64,000 bases of DNA from Okamejei kenojei. Its lineage: Eukaryota. Made by a program: the position numbers and the translations under genes. The notes under the pieces are model-generated. The model ran no database searches. It saw only the letters and a program-made list of their open reading frames with translations, and was not told the origin of the DNA. Shown here piece after piece: positions 1 through 11,635 of this stretch. Every line of letters starts with the position of its first letter. Position 1 is the stretch's first letter. The stretch lies in assembly GCA_035221665.1 (NCBI GenBank), contig CM069166.1, forward strand, positions 3,968,001 to 4,032,000, read 5' to 3'.

Positions 1-250
1 GTAGTGAATGAGGAGGTGACGTTGGAATGTGAGGTCCATAATGTCTATCCAGCTGAGAACTTGACTGTAACATGGTTTCACAATGGTGAAGAACTGAAGT
101 CAGTTACAAAGACGTCAGCGTCCCACGATATCTGGGCAACAACATGGACACCACAAGACACGGGATTGACTGAACTTGCCTGCAGAGCAGATTTTGAGGA
201 TTATCCATTAAATCTAACAAGGAGTGACAACATTTCCATTGAGGTGTACG
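1..250 (+). CDS. ICAM/VCAM-like Ig-superfamily receptor, Ig-domain exon (5' end outside the window)
   Basis: Frame 1 reads VVNEEVTLECEVHNVYPAENLTVTWFHNGEEL...ELACRADF...ISIEVY, an Ig C-W-C pattern with the ICAM-like 'VxPxxNLTVxW' motif. Donor G|GTAAGC at 250/251 is phase 1. Confidence 0.85.
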
Positions 251-286
251 GTAAGCATGCTGGATAACCGGAGATTATGATTGATA

Positions 287-475
287 TCATAGAGTCATAG
301 TCATACAGCGTGGAAACAAGCCCTTCGACCCAACTTGCCCCCACCGGCTACACTAGTCCCACCTGCTTGCATTTGGCCCATATCCCTCTAAACCTGTCCT
401 ATCCATGTAACTGTGTAACTAGTTTCTTAAACGTTGGGATAGTCCCTGCCTCAGCTACCTCCTCAGGAAGCTGTT
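287..475 (-). mobile_element. CR1-type LINE 3' end fragment
   Basis: (CATAGAGT)n tail and the same 3'UTR recur at ~7770-8130, 12420-12772, 13474-13725, 18540-18672, 19320-19535 and 36740-36985; related to the 3' end of the CR1 ending near 34227. Confidence 0.75.
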
Positions 476-1019
476 AAAGATCCCTATCTACCTGTGGGCA
501 CTCATTGCATGGGGACATTTTGTACAGGAGAGTCACAAAACTTTAATCGGTCCGCACAGAAACCACAGTAATTAAGGGGAAAAAAGGCAACATGATGTCA
601 CCTAGATGGTGTTATTCACCCACATTCTTACTAATGGAAGATAGACACAAAATGCTGGAGTAACTCAGCAGGACAGGCCACATCTCTGGATAAAAGGAAT
701 GGGTGGTGTTTAGGGTCGAGACCCTTCTTCATTCAAGAGCTGCCTCAATGGAGCATGTGACTGAGCCCTGCTCTTATTTCGTCTGTTTTTAATATACACC
801 TCGTTACAGAGGCAGCTACCAGCAACTGAATTTATCCAAGATAAAAACTGAATGTAGATGCATAACATTTACATCAGGGAGAAATATTGTAGTACCTTCC
901 CTACGCCCAGGAATTAAATCAGTGGACTATTTACCATTGTTTTGAAAGCAAAGAGTTCCCTGCAGTGACGTAGAAGCCTCTGGCTTGTTACCGGCCAGGA
1001 TGGAGATGCTAAACACTAT

Positions 1020-1552
1020 AAATCCCCTTCCCATTCCCACACCAACCTTTCTGTCCTGGGCCTCCACCATTGTCATAGTGAGGCCCAACACAAATTGGAG
1101 GAACAGCTCCTCATATTTGGCTTGGGCAGCTTACACCCCAGTGGTATGAACATTGACTTCTCTAACTTCAAGTAACCCTTGCTCTCCCTCTCTCTCCATC
1201 CCTCCCCCTTCCCAGTTCTCCGACCAGTCTCCCCGATTACATTTTGTCTCTGTTTGCTTTGTGGTCACCTTCTCCTATTCTACATTCTGATCGATTCTAC
1301 ATTTTTCTTGATCCTCATCTTGTCTCATGTCAAGATATTGTCCTGACCTCACCTATTATATTGTCTCGGGTCTCAGTTTGACACCTTCCTTATCACTGTA
1401 TCTCCCTCTCCCCTGACCTTCAGTTTGAAAAAGGGTCTCGACCCGAAATGTCTCCTATTCCTTCTCTCCAGAGATGCTGCCTGTCCTGCTGAGTTACTCC
1501 AGCATTCTGTGCTTATCTCCGGTATGAACCAGCATCTGCAGTTCCTTCCTGC
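1020..1552 (+). mobile_element. Penelope-like element 3' end (GIY-YIG C-terminus, UTR, pseudo-LTR)
   Basis: Translates to SHSHTNLSVLGLHHCHSEAQHKLEEQLLIFGLGSLHPSGMNIDFSNFK*, a typical PLE endonuclease C-terminus. Followed by a pyrimidine-rich UTR and a degenerate terminal repeat (AAGGGTCTCGACCCGAAATGTC...). Confidence 0.8.
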
Positions 1553-1814
1553 ACCTGGTGTTCAATGGGAGTTTTGCCAGTGTTGCCCAAACATTGAGGA
1601 CATTGCAAATTCCACTCATCAGGATGCGTTCAACCAACATGTCACTAGGTTTCATGAGATTGGTATAGGGGGTGAATGATGCCGGGAATAATGGGGTGAC
1701 GTTTGGTGATTGCCTCCGATCCTTGTCCAACTACAGTTGGATGTAGAGCCATAGATGGTCTTCTGAGTTGCATTCGCCACATTAGTCCAGTCATGTAGAG
1801 CGGCTGCATCATTC

Positions 1815-2135
1815 ATTCAGTTTAGTTTAGTGATACAGCGCGGAAACAGACACTTCGGCCCACCGAGTCCATGCTGACCAGCAATCCCGCACACTAACAT
1901 TACTATCCTACACACACTGGGGACAATTTACAATCTCTACCAAAGCCAGTTAACCTACAAACCTGTACGTCTTTGGAATGTGGGAGGAAACTGGAGCACC
2001 CGGAGAAAACCCACACAAGTCACAGGGAGAATGTACAAACTCCGCACAGACAGCACCCATAGTCAAGATCGAATGTAGGTTTCTGACGCTATCAGGTGAT
2101 TACATTTAAATCTACCGCTGCGTCACCCTGCTGCC
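1815..2135 (-). mobile_element. tRNA-derived V-SINE (HE1-like)
   Basis: Reverse complement of the SINE at 3249-3563, with an (AAACT)n tail. Confidence 0.75.
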
Positions 2136-2156
2136 CCAAGCTTTGACACGGTTTCT

Positions 2157-2872
2157 TTTTTTTAATATAATATTTTTATTAGAAGTCATATACAATAGGG
2201 TACATTAGGAATAACATAATACATTTCAATACAACTTCTGTTTTTGAATTTAATAATAAAAAAGTAATATAAACAAAAAGAGAGAAAAAGAAAGTCAGGT
2301 AAGGTGGTGAAAGTGATAGTTCGTGAAAAGTATAAGAAAAAGAGAGAAAAGAGGAGAGGTATAATTAAAAAAAGGATAATAAAAGGAAGCTAAAATGGAA
2401 GGGATATACCTACTTCGTATCTTTGCGCACCCCTCACCCGGTTCTGAAAGTTTATTTTCCGGATTATGTTGCACCATATGCTTGTAATAAATCGATAAAG
2501 GGAGACCAGATCTTTAAGAATTGGTCTGATTTGCCTGCTACGACGAATCTCATATCTTCTAGGTGCAACAATTCAGACAAGTTTGAAATCCACATTTTAA
2601 GCATTGGTGTTAGTGCATTTTTCCAGAATTTAAAAAAAAAAAATTGCCGTTATTAAGCTAATTAAGAGTTATTAAGAGTTTTAAGGAAACTCTCTTAGAA
2701 CAAAGTCAGCTCACAGTCGGTCTCCATTGTTCCAAAGACAATCAATTCTGCATTGGGGTTCATTTCTGTTTTAAATACTTTTGTAAAAATTTCAAAAATT
2801 TCATTTATGTTTTATGCAAAAGACAAAAGAGTGTGCTATAGTTGCATCTTGAGATAAGCATTTATCACACGG
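2157..2872 (-). mobile_element. 5'-truncated L1-clade LINE with 15-bp TSD
   Basis: The minus strand encodes the CCHC region CDKCLSQDATIAHSFVFCIK, a 3'UTR and poly(A). TSD TTTGACACGGTTTCT at 2142-2156 and 2873-2887. Confidence 0.85.
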
Positions 2873-2908
2873 TTTGACACGGTTTCTAACAATATTTTTC
2901 TGTTGCAG

Positions 2909-3193
2909 TTTTCTCCGAACCTGTAATCCAAGAACTCCCACCCATCGTTGTGGGAAAACCGGTGAATATTACCTGCAGTGTGTCTAATGTCACGGGAAAA
3001 CTTCAACTTGCACTGAAGAACGGAAATACGACTTTAGCAAACGATTCATCCAGTACTAAGCTCACTATCTACCACACTTTGCATCCAACGATGGAGATGA
3101 ATGGACAGCAGTTGACTTGTGAGGCTGAGCTGACACTCCAACATCACTCTGAAACCATTCATAAGCAATGGAATATCACACTCAATGTGCAAA
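2909..3193 (+). CDS. ICAM/VCAM-like receptor, membrane-proximal Ig-domain exon
   Basis: Branch-like CTAAC, pyrimidine tract and TTGCAG acceptor ending at 2908. Encodes (V)FSEPVIQELPPIVVGKPVNITCSV...NGQQLTCEAELTL...NITLNVQ. Donor A|GTAAGT at 3193/3194; phase 1-1. Confidence 0.85.
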
Positions 3194-3248
3194 GTAAGTA
3201 ACTTTACATTGGTGCCATTGAGTCTGCTCTGCCAGTCATTCATGAATG

Positions 3249-3563
3249 GGGTGGCACGGTGGCGCAGTGGTAGAGTTGCTGCCTTACAGCCCCAGAGACC
3301 CGGGTTCGACCCTGTCTACGGGGTGCTTGTCTAAATGCAGTTTTACATTCTCCCCGTGACCTGCATGTGTTTTCTCGGGGATCTCCGGTTTCCTCCCACG
3401 CTCCCAATGACGTAGTTTTGTAGGTTAATTGGCTTGGTATAATTGTAAATTGTATCTAGTGTGTGTAGGATAGTGTTAGTGTGGGGAACTGCTGGTCAGT
3501 ACAGTCTCGGTGGGCCAAAGGACACGTTTCCGCGCTGTATCTCTAAACTAAACTAAACTAAAC
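3249..3563 (+). mobile_element. tRNA-derived V-SINE (HE1-like), full length
   Basis: A-box TGGCGCAGTGG, B-box GGTTCGACCC, V-domain-like core, CR1-like 3' tail ending (CTAAA)n. Confidence 0.8.
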
Positions 3564-5010
3564 TGAGATATAAAGATGGTTTTCTAGAACCATTGCAACT
3601 GTAACTTGTAGACTCTCTGTTCAAATCTACCTGTTCAGGCTGGGAATATTGGGAATGCAGAATTACAATTAATCTTGAAGGGAATAATGTACATCTTCTA
3701 TGAGGTGAGGATCACCGGGCAGAAAAGGCCTCAGTACAAGGATTGAAAAGGCAGTTTCCTGAATGCAACAAAGACCGCTGTAATCAATGGGTGTAGGAAC
3801 GTATTGCATTGCCGCCTAGTGGATCTGCTCTGAACTGCATGCTTTCTCGTGGTTCTCTTCAAAAAACAGGATGCTTCCAATGTAGAAACAAGGAGTGTGT
3901 AGGAAGGAACTGTAGATGCTGGTTTAAACCGAAGATAGACACAAAATGCTGGAGTAATTCAGCGGGACAAGCAACAGATCTGGAGCGAAGGAATGGGTGA
4001 TGTTTCGGGTCGAGACCCTTCAACAAGGATCTGGTTGCAGATGAAGACACGGAGTGCCGGAGCAACTCAGCGGGTCAGGCAGCATCTCAGGAGACCATGG
4101 ATAAGCCGCTCCTGAAATACTGCCTGACCCGCTGAGTTACTGCAATACTCTGTCTCTTCTCCAGGGTGCATGCAATGCAGACTAGGCATTAATATTGCAC
4201 AACGCATCATTTACTGTTCTAAATACAACTCACAATGCCAACCACAGACATGAAGGATACAGCCATTAACCTTCAAAGGTTCAAATGTCTGTTTATTGCC
4301 ACGTGTACCAATTAAGGTACAGTGATAGGCAAATTACCATACAGCCATACTAAAAAAAATGTGGCACCTCTGAGATTCTTTGCCAGTGTTTCCCTGGAAT
4401 ACCTTTGTGTCCCTGAAATATCCTGGTGTTCGGTACTTGAACCACTAGCCTCCTGACTCCAGGCAAGAGTACCAGCCGTACGACTTTATGTTAGACTGAC
4501 CACTCTCAGTCTAATGTAAAGGAGACCGTTTGTCCACCAATGCCTTTGTTGAAGCAATCTTGGCCATGTCACAACCCTCAGCATCCCCAGTGTCTACACC
4601 AAACATGCTTAGCGGACAATTAACACAAGGAAACTTCCGGTAGTCCACAATTCTGAGAACTGTTGAGAATATTCTGTGACTTCACTCCTCTTGTTTCTGA
4701 TTAACACTTTAATAGTAACACCAAAATAATGAAATAACGACAGGTAGAAAAATGAGCCTTGGTCAATTTCTGTACACTCAAATGTATGCCACTGTCTGAA
4801 GAAGGGTCCCGACCCATAACGTCACCTCTCCATGTTCTCCAGGGATGCTGCCTGGGATGGAGAACTGTAGTGACAGGATACCAAAAGTTCAGAGTTGCCC
4901 TCCTGGGTTGAACAGATGTGCTCTACAAGGCATCACCCAATTCACTTTTGGTGAATACTGGCAAAGAGTCTCTGAGGTGCCACCTTTCAGACACGGCATT
5001 AGAACATGTG

Positions 5011-5241
5011 GGTGGCACGGTGGCGCAGCTGCCTTACACCACCAAACACCCAGGGTTGATCCTGACTACGGGTGCTATCAGTACAGAGTTTGTACATTCT
5101 TCCCGTGAGCTGTGTACTTTTTCTCTGGTATCTCCAGTTAGTGGGATAACATTGAACTAATGTGAATGGGTTATTGATGGTTGGCATGGACTCGGTGGGC
5201 CGAAGAGCCTGTTTCCACACTCTATTACTAAACTAAGCTAA
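5011..5241 (+). mobile_element. V-SINE (HE1-like), internally deleted
   Basis: Same head and tail as 3249-3563. Confidence 0.7.
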
Positions 5242-5344
5242 ATGAAAATGGACTTTATTCTCCAAAAAATATTTCATTGGCCATCGAGTAGCATGCCATG
5301 CCTTTTGTAAGCACAATGTGTTTATAAATATAATGAGAAAACAT

Positions 5345-5560
5345 AGGTTTAGTTCAGTTTATTGTCACATGTACTGAGGTACATGAAAAGCTTTTGTTGC
5401 GTGGAAACCAGCCAGTGGAAAGACAATTCATGATCACAATCGAGCCGTTCACAGTGTACAGATACGTGATAAGGGAATAAAGTTTAGTGCAAGTTCAACC
5501 AGTAAAGTCCGATCAAAGATAGTCCGAGGGTCTCCGATGATGTAGATAGTAGTTCGGGAA
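5345..5560 (-). mobile_element. Rex1/Babar-type LINE 3' tail repeat
   Basis: The same sequence recurs at ~9055-9245 (-) and ~20130-20330 (+); the family label is inferred from the tail. Confidence 0.55.
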
Positions 5561-5698
5561 ATTAAAAGTAAATTATACCTGCAAATGAGTGCAGGCAAAA
5601 TTCATGGATTTTGAAAAGAAAGGACCTGTAGTTTTCAGTAGATATATTTGCTCGGTATGTATGATGATTGTGTAATGGTTTTTGTGATTTTTCCACAG

Positions 5699-5973
5699 GT
5701 GAAAAATTGCCATGGGGTATCATCATAATTATAATAGTTGTGGCGTTATTAGTATTAATGCCAATAGCAATAATATGCTATAGGCGGATTGACAGTGCTC
5801 GGAAATCAGGAAAATATAATCTACTGAATCCAATACCCAGCAAAAAACAAGAAATCCCTTATGTGAATGAACCTCTGGATACTATTCATTTGCAAGAAGC
5901 GATTTCAAACGGCAATGACAATAACTCACAGACTGGTCCAAATAATAAAATTTGTATTACACCTGTGAGTTAG
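5699..5973 (+). CDS. ICAM/VCAM-like receptor, terminal exon (TM helix plus cytoplasmic tail)
   Basis: Acceptor TTCCACAG ending at 5698, phase 1. Encodes (S)EKLPWGIIIIIIVVALLVLMPIAIICYRR (TM plus basic stop-transfer), then RKSGKYNL, resembling the ICAM/VCAM juxtamembrane motif. Stop TAG at 5971-5973. Confidence 0.85.
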
Positions 5974-6351
5974 ACGGACATATCACAATAATTGTCTGAA
6001 TATTGTTACTGAGGTGGCTCCTGATTGCAAAGTTACAGTCGACTGATGGCACTTACTCTAGGAAATGTCACAACAGTTCATTCTCAGAAATGTTCTGAAT
6101 TTTGGGTCGTTTTTGAGTCCATTTGTCAAACTCTGAACTATTACCAGAACGCTGGCATCAAAGCCAGCTCAGCACCGAGAACATCAGAGCCATGTGACCT
6201 TTCTTCCCAATGATTGGAATGGACATTGGATCACACACTTGGTGAAATAATCCTTCCAATGTGAACTACTTGCTTAAATTACGTGAATGTTGTCTGATAA
6301 ATGGATAAAATGTGAGTCGATGCCTTTTCCAGTATTCTCACCCTCTTGTCT

Positions 6352-6575
6352 AGGGAGGAACTGCAGATGCTGGTTTAAACCAAAGACAGACACAAAAGGC
6401 TGGAGTAACTCAGCGGGTCAGGCAACATCTCTGAAGAAATGGAATAGGTGATGTTATGGGTCGAGACCCTTCTTCAGTTTGAAGAAGGATTTCAAGCTGA
6501 AACGTCACCTATTTCCTTTCTCCAGAGATGCTGCCTGACCCTCTGAGTTACTCCAGCCTTTTGTGCCTGTCTTCT
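6352..6575. mobile_element. Fold-back (inverted) Penelope pseudo-LTR element
   Basis: Two inverted copies of the PLE terminal repeat meeting at CTTCTTCAG/TTTGAAGAAG. Similar fold-backs at ~3897-4165, 11684-11800, 13767-13930 (TSD GCCAGTAAGACT), 16300-16605, 17495-17700 and 52895-53080. Confidence 0.7.
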
Positions 6576-6771
6576 CATCCTGTTGTTTAATTATTGCTGT
6601 ACTCTCATCCCTCCCTATCCCTGTAACCTCCTCCAACTACACAATGCTCAGTATTCATTCATGTTCATTTACAAACTCTTATTCATCCTGATTTCCACTC
6701 GCCGGAGGGAGAGTAAGTCAAATGATCTCTCTGCTAGAGTAATCAGTGGAATTGCACTTAGTGCTCTAGAA

Positions 6772-7175
6772 GACTGTATCCCAGTGTTATACATGACAGG
6801 TTTGCACCCCAGTGTTACACAGTGACGGACCTGTCCCCATCAGTACTGTACCCCAGTGTTACATGGTGACTGACCCATCCCCACCGGTACTGTACCCCAG
6901 TGTTGTACAGGTACAGGCCTGTCCCCACCATTACATTACCCCCGTGTTATATAGTGACAAGAGATATCCCCACAGTATTGTACCCCAGTGTTACACAGTG
7001 ACAGAGTTATCCTCACCAGTACTGTACCCCAGTGTTACATGGCGACAGACGTGTCCCCACCAGTACTGTACCCCAGTGTTATACAGTTACAGACGTGTCC
7101 CCTCCGTTACAGTACCCCAGTGTCACACAGTGACTGACGTGTCCTCACCAGTACCATACCCAAGTTACACAGGGA
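6772..7175 (+). repeat. 44-bp minisatellite, ~9 degenerate copies
   Basis: Consensus close to CAGTACTGTACCCCAGTGTTACACAGTGACAGACCTGTCCCCAC; period 44 (6841 to 6885). Confidence 0.9.
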
Positions 7176-7653
7176 TAGTCTCTTGTCTATTTGCAGAGTT
7201 GTAGTGTTTATTTTTTTCTCTTTCTTACTTACTTTTCATGCTAATTCAATTCTAACTCCTCGATCCATTTTTGACTCGCCCCATTTCAGCAATACCCCGA
7301 TCATCAGGCTCACACTTTTCACAGCGTTGGGCCTCCTGATGTTAATGCCACTGTAGACTCTATCAAGCAAATTGTATATTTTGTATTATATTGTGCTTGT
7401 TATAGCATTAATTTCACAGTCATATATTAGGCTTTTGTTGCCACTGCTTCCTGAATACATACTGTGTATTTCACTGCATGTTCAGCCTTAAGCCATTTCT
7501 TGTCAAGACAATTTTTCCAACGATGCTACTCATATTTGTAACCACTAAGTGAAGATCTAGGTAATGATATAACAAGGGCTGTTTCTAATGATACATTTGT
7601 ACAAGTTAACAGAATATATTTTTGAAGAAACTGTAGCTTATTGGTGAAGCAAT

Positions 7654-7659
7654 ATTAAA
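7654..7659 (+). terminator. Candidate polyadenylation signal (ATTAAA) of the ICAM-like gene
   Basis: ATTAAA at the end of an AT-rich, largely unique 3'UTR-like stretch; no transcript evidence. Confidence 0.3.
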
Positions 7660-8253
7660 CACAAATGTTGGAAAAAAGAACCTATTCGCACCAGTGTTGG
7701 CTTTGACAGTAACTACAGCTGTTTTCTCACTTCAACATGGTTGATCTCACAGCATTGGCCACAGTCAAAGAGTCATAGAGTGATACAGTGTGGAAACAGG
7801 CCCTTCGGCCCAACTTGCCCACATCGGCCAACAATGTCCCAGCTACACTAGTCCCACTAGCCTCCGCTTGGTCCATATCCCTCCAAACCTGTCCTGTCTA
7901 ACTGTTTCTTAAACAATGGGATAGTCCCAGCCTAACTACCTCCTCTGGCAGCTTGTTCCATACACCCACCACACTTTGAGTGAAAAAGTCACCCCTTGGA
8001 TTCCTATTAAATCCTTACCCCTTCACCTTGAACCTATGTCCTCTGGTCCTCGATTCCCCTACTCTGGGCAAGAGACTCTGTGCATCTACCCAATCTATTC
8101 CTCTCATGATTTTGTACACCTCTATAAGATCTATTGTACACCTCTAGAAGTCTCCGCACATACTGTTCCTTGCTAACATTTTCCTACATCTCAGGATTGT
8201 ATATTTGACATTGCAACAGAACCAGCCACTCATTGTTTCTGTGCTCAATCAGC

Positions 8254-8288
8254 CATGGGCGGAAATCTCGGGGGTGGGGGGGGGGGGT

Positions 8289-8330
<42 letters not shown>

Positions 8331-8373
8331 GGAACACCTCCCTCTCATGTTTTGATAGCGATTTCCGCCCCTG
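8254..8373. mobile_element. 120-bp hAT-type MITE with poly-G core
   Basis: 14-bp TIR CATGGGCGGAAATC / GATTTCCGCCCCTG (1 mismatch); 8-bp TSD CAATCAGC (8246-8253) / TAATCAGC (8374-8381). Confidence 0.8.
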
Positions 8374-11349
8374 TAATCAGCTCAACCACATCAAGTTCCT
8401 ACAGTTAAAACCTATGACCCCTACGCCTACAAAAGCTGTGATTCCAGGCATAGACGATGACTCCCTAAAAGGTATAAAAGCTCAACCCATCTACATCATC
8501 CTGCAGCCTATTCAACAACACCATCAGCGTTAGCCTCAACTGCAAGCTTACTCCTCAGACTTCCTACATTCATATCCAAGTTGTTCATGGATAGAATGTC
8601 AGCACTAGTCACTGTGGTACATCACTGGTCATGTGCTTCCAACCACAAAGCCCACACTCTTCATCACCCATGTATCTCCTCATACCAAGTCACTTTTGGA
8701 TCTAATTTGGCAGCTTGCCCTCGACCCCGTGGACAGGTCCTTCACCCACGCGCTTGTCATTTACATCTACATTTAGGGGCGGCATGGTGGCGCAGCGGTA
8801 GAGTTGCTACCTCACAGCCCAGTGATCCGAGATCGATCCTGATTACGGGTGATGTCTGTACGGAGTTTGTACCTTCTCCCTGTGACCTCCACGTCTCAGC
8901 CAGTGCATTGTGTGAGTGTCCAACACAAACACCACACATTGCGCTGGTTCAGCGATCTCACTATTGGTAGAGGTGGCCTAACTTTAATGGGATGAAAATT
9001 CAACCGAAGTGTATAGACGTTTAAACACAGGCTGGCTACATTCTATCCAGGCTGGAGTTTAGTCCAATGTCACTTGTACCGAGGTACCGAGAAAAGCTTT
9101 TCTTGTGTGCTAACCAGTTAGTGAAAAGACAATACATGATTACAATCGAGCCGTCCACAGTGTACAGATACACGATGAAGGGAATAACGTGAATAAAGTT
9201 TAGTGCAAGATAAAGCCAGTAAAGTCCGCTCAAAGATAGTCTGATAATGAACTAAACACACTCAAAAAAGCAGCATTTATTGAGAGGATTCAAATGTGGC
9301 ATTTAAGTTTATTTTATACCTTCTGAGTTGTCAATATGTTTCTATCTATTAGTGTTTAACATTGAATTAAATAACGGAAATTACATGCTGAACCTTCCCT
9401 TTCAATCACAAAAGTAAAACTCCTTCCCCTTAGGCAAGAATACTTGCAGCAACATGCGAGTCAGGTCAGCTGGGCATGAGAGAGTTGAGATATTACGTCA
9501 CAATATAAGGATAACTGAAGAGGTCAGAGGTTCGATCATCCCGACTAGAGAGCCTGTACATCGGACCGTCTGTAGAGGCAACTGCGGAGGGTTCAAGGCC
9601 CCGACCACGGATGAACAAATAAGGAGGACCGGCTGAATGTTATTGCCTTCCACCACAGTGAAGAATGTTGATTCCACTGTGGTGGATGTTCATGTTATAT
9701 TTTATTGTGTATTGAGCTCATTTTTATTGTGTGGCTGCATGGTAAATCAAATTCCACTGTACCTTAACTGGTGCATGTGGCAATAAATGTGAACTTGAAC
9801 TTGAACTCTCGCTGAAAGGTGTGTAGTAATGGTTTTTAGTTCCCAAACCATACACGAATGATGACCAATGTAGGCGTTAGGCTTGTCTACCAGAAATGTT
9901 TGAACAATTTCCAACTAAAATATACTGGCCAGAAATTGTTCCATATGATATAATGTTTTTGTGGGCTACCTGATAAAACGTAACCAAAAATTAAATCATG
10001 TGGTTTCCAAAGTATAGAGTGTTTCTTCCAGATTCTCCATGTATAAATGTGGTAACCCACAGAGATGCCTGGACATTTGGAGTGGGATTTAGCTGGGAAC
10101 TGACATTAACTGATGACCTTTAAGCCAAACCTGACCTGACCTATTAGTCTCTTGCACTCTAAGGAATAAGAAGGCCCTAGTTTTCTCAACATCAGCTCAG
10201 ACGCTTCAATCCTGGCAACATCTTTGTAAGTCTTCTCTGCATCTTTTCAGCTTCATGCCATCTTTTGTTAGCAGGGCCAACACGGAACACAATAAGGGTG
10301 GCAAGACTAATATCTTGTACAACTGTAACATAACATCCCAACTTTTGTACTCAATTCTCTGACACAGGCCAATGTGTCCAAAGCTTTCTTCACCACCCTA
10401 TCTTTAGTCAGAGGGTGGTGAATCTGTGGAATTCAATGCCACAGAAGGCTGTGGTGGCCATCAATATATATTTTTAAGTCAGAGATAGATAGATTCTTGA
10501 TTAGTGCGGGTGTCACGTGTTATGGGGAGAAGGCGGGGGAATGCGGTAGATAGATCTGCCATGATTGAATGGCAGAATAGAGCTGATGGGCCGAATGGCC
10601 TTATTCTGCTCCTATCGCTTATGAACTCATATGTTACACTGCTGTCGGAGAACAAAGCACTTGTACTCCTAGATCTCTCTGCTCTAGAACACTTCACAGG
10701 ACCCCAACATTCGCTGCAAAGATCCTGCCATGGGTTGAATTCCCAAATTGCATCACCTCACAGTTATCTGGATTATTTTTATTCGTCATTCCTCAGCCCA
10801 CTTGCCCAGTTTGCCAAGATCCTGCTGTAATTCTCAAAGAACATCTTCATACGTTTACTATCCCAACTATGTTAGTGTCATCTGCAAACATACAAATCAT
10901 ACCTTGCACATTCTCATTCACATCCAATAATGTGAGAGGGAGGTTTTATGTGGATTCACAACCTCAATGGTGGCAGAACCAGCTCTTGAAAGTTTAAGGC
11001 GGCAACATAAAAGTGTTACAAATGACTATCAAAGTCAAAGAGCCTTTATCAGAACTGAGAATGATAGAAAACAAGTTAATCAATAGGCAGATTTGTAGGT
11101 GAATTGGTAAATTTACAAAAAAAAAGTGCGGGAGTAACTCAGTGGGTTAGGCAGCACCTCAATTCCATGATTCATTAAACATTTACCAACTTCCAGTCTA
11201 CAGGAGTGGCCTCACCACAGCCCAGTACAATTGAAACAATTGTTCCCTATTTCTGAACTCCAGCTCGATGCTATTATTGCCAATATGCCATTTGCCTTCC
11301 AAACCATTTGCCAGCTGACTTTGTGCAATTCATACAAGGACAATTCATC

Positions 11350-11635
11350 GGGTGGCAGAGTGGCGCAGCAGTAGAGTTGCTGCCTTACAGGGCCAGAGCC
11401 CCAGGTTCGATCCTGACTATGGGTGCTTGTTGTGCGGAGTTTGTGCGTTCTACCTGTGACCTTCTTGAGTTTCTGCCGTATCTCCGGTTTCCTCCCACAT
11501 TCCAAAGATGTACAGGTTTGTATAATTGTAAATTATCCCAAGTGTGTGTAGGATAGTGTTGGTGCATGGGGATCGCTGGTCGGCACTAACTCAGTGGGCC
11601 GAAGGGCCTGTTTCCGCATTTTATCTCTAAACTAC
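11350..11635 (+). mobile_element. V-SINE (HE1-like)
   Basis: A/B boxes and body as at 3249-3563. Other partial copies at ~8777-8890 (+), 14815-14965 (-) and 19060-19320 (-). Confidence 0.75.

Noticed and set aside
3249-3320. tRNA gene (A and B boxes), and similar heads elsewhere
   Set aside because: These are SINE heads continuing into a shared body and LINE-like tail; no complete cloverleaf or terminator.
6772-7204. CRISPR-like array or 130-aa repeat protein
   Set aside because: Contiguous degenerate tandem units with no unique spacers, in a eukaryotic context; the ORF is a by-product of the repeat.
9858-9973. C/D-box snoRNA (ATGATGA ... CTGA)
   Set aside because: No terminal stem or recognisable guide; such short boxes arise by chance.
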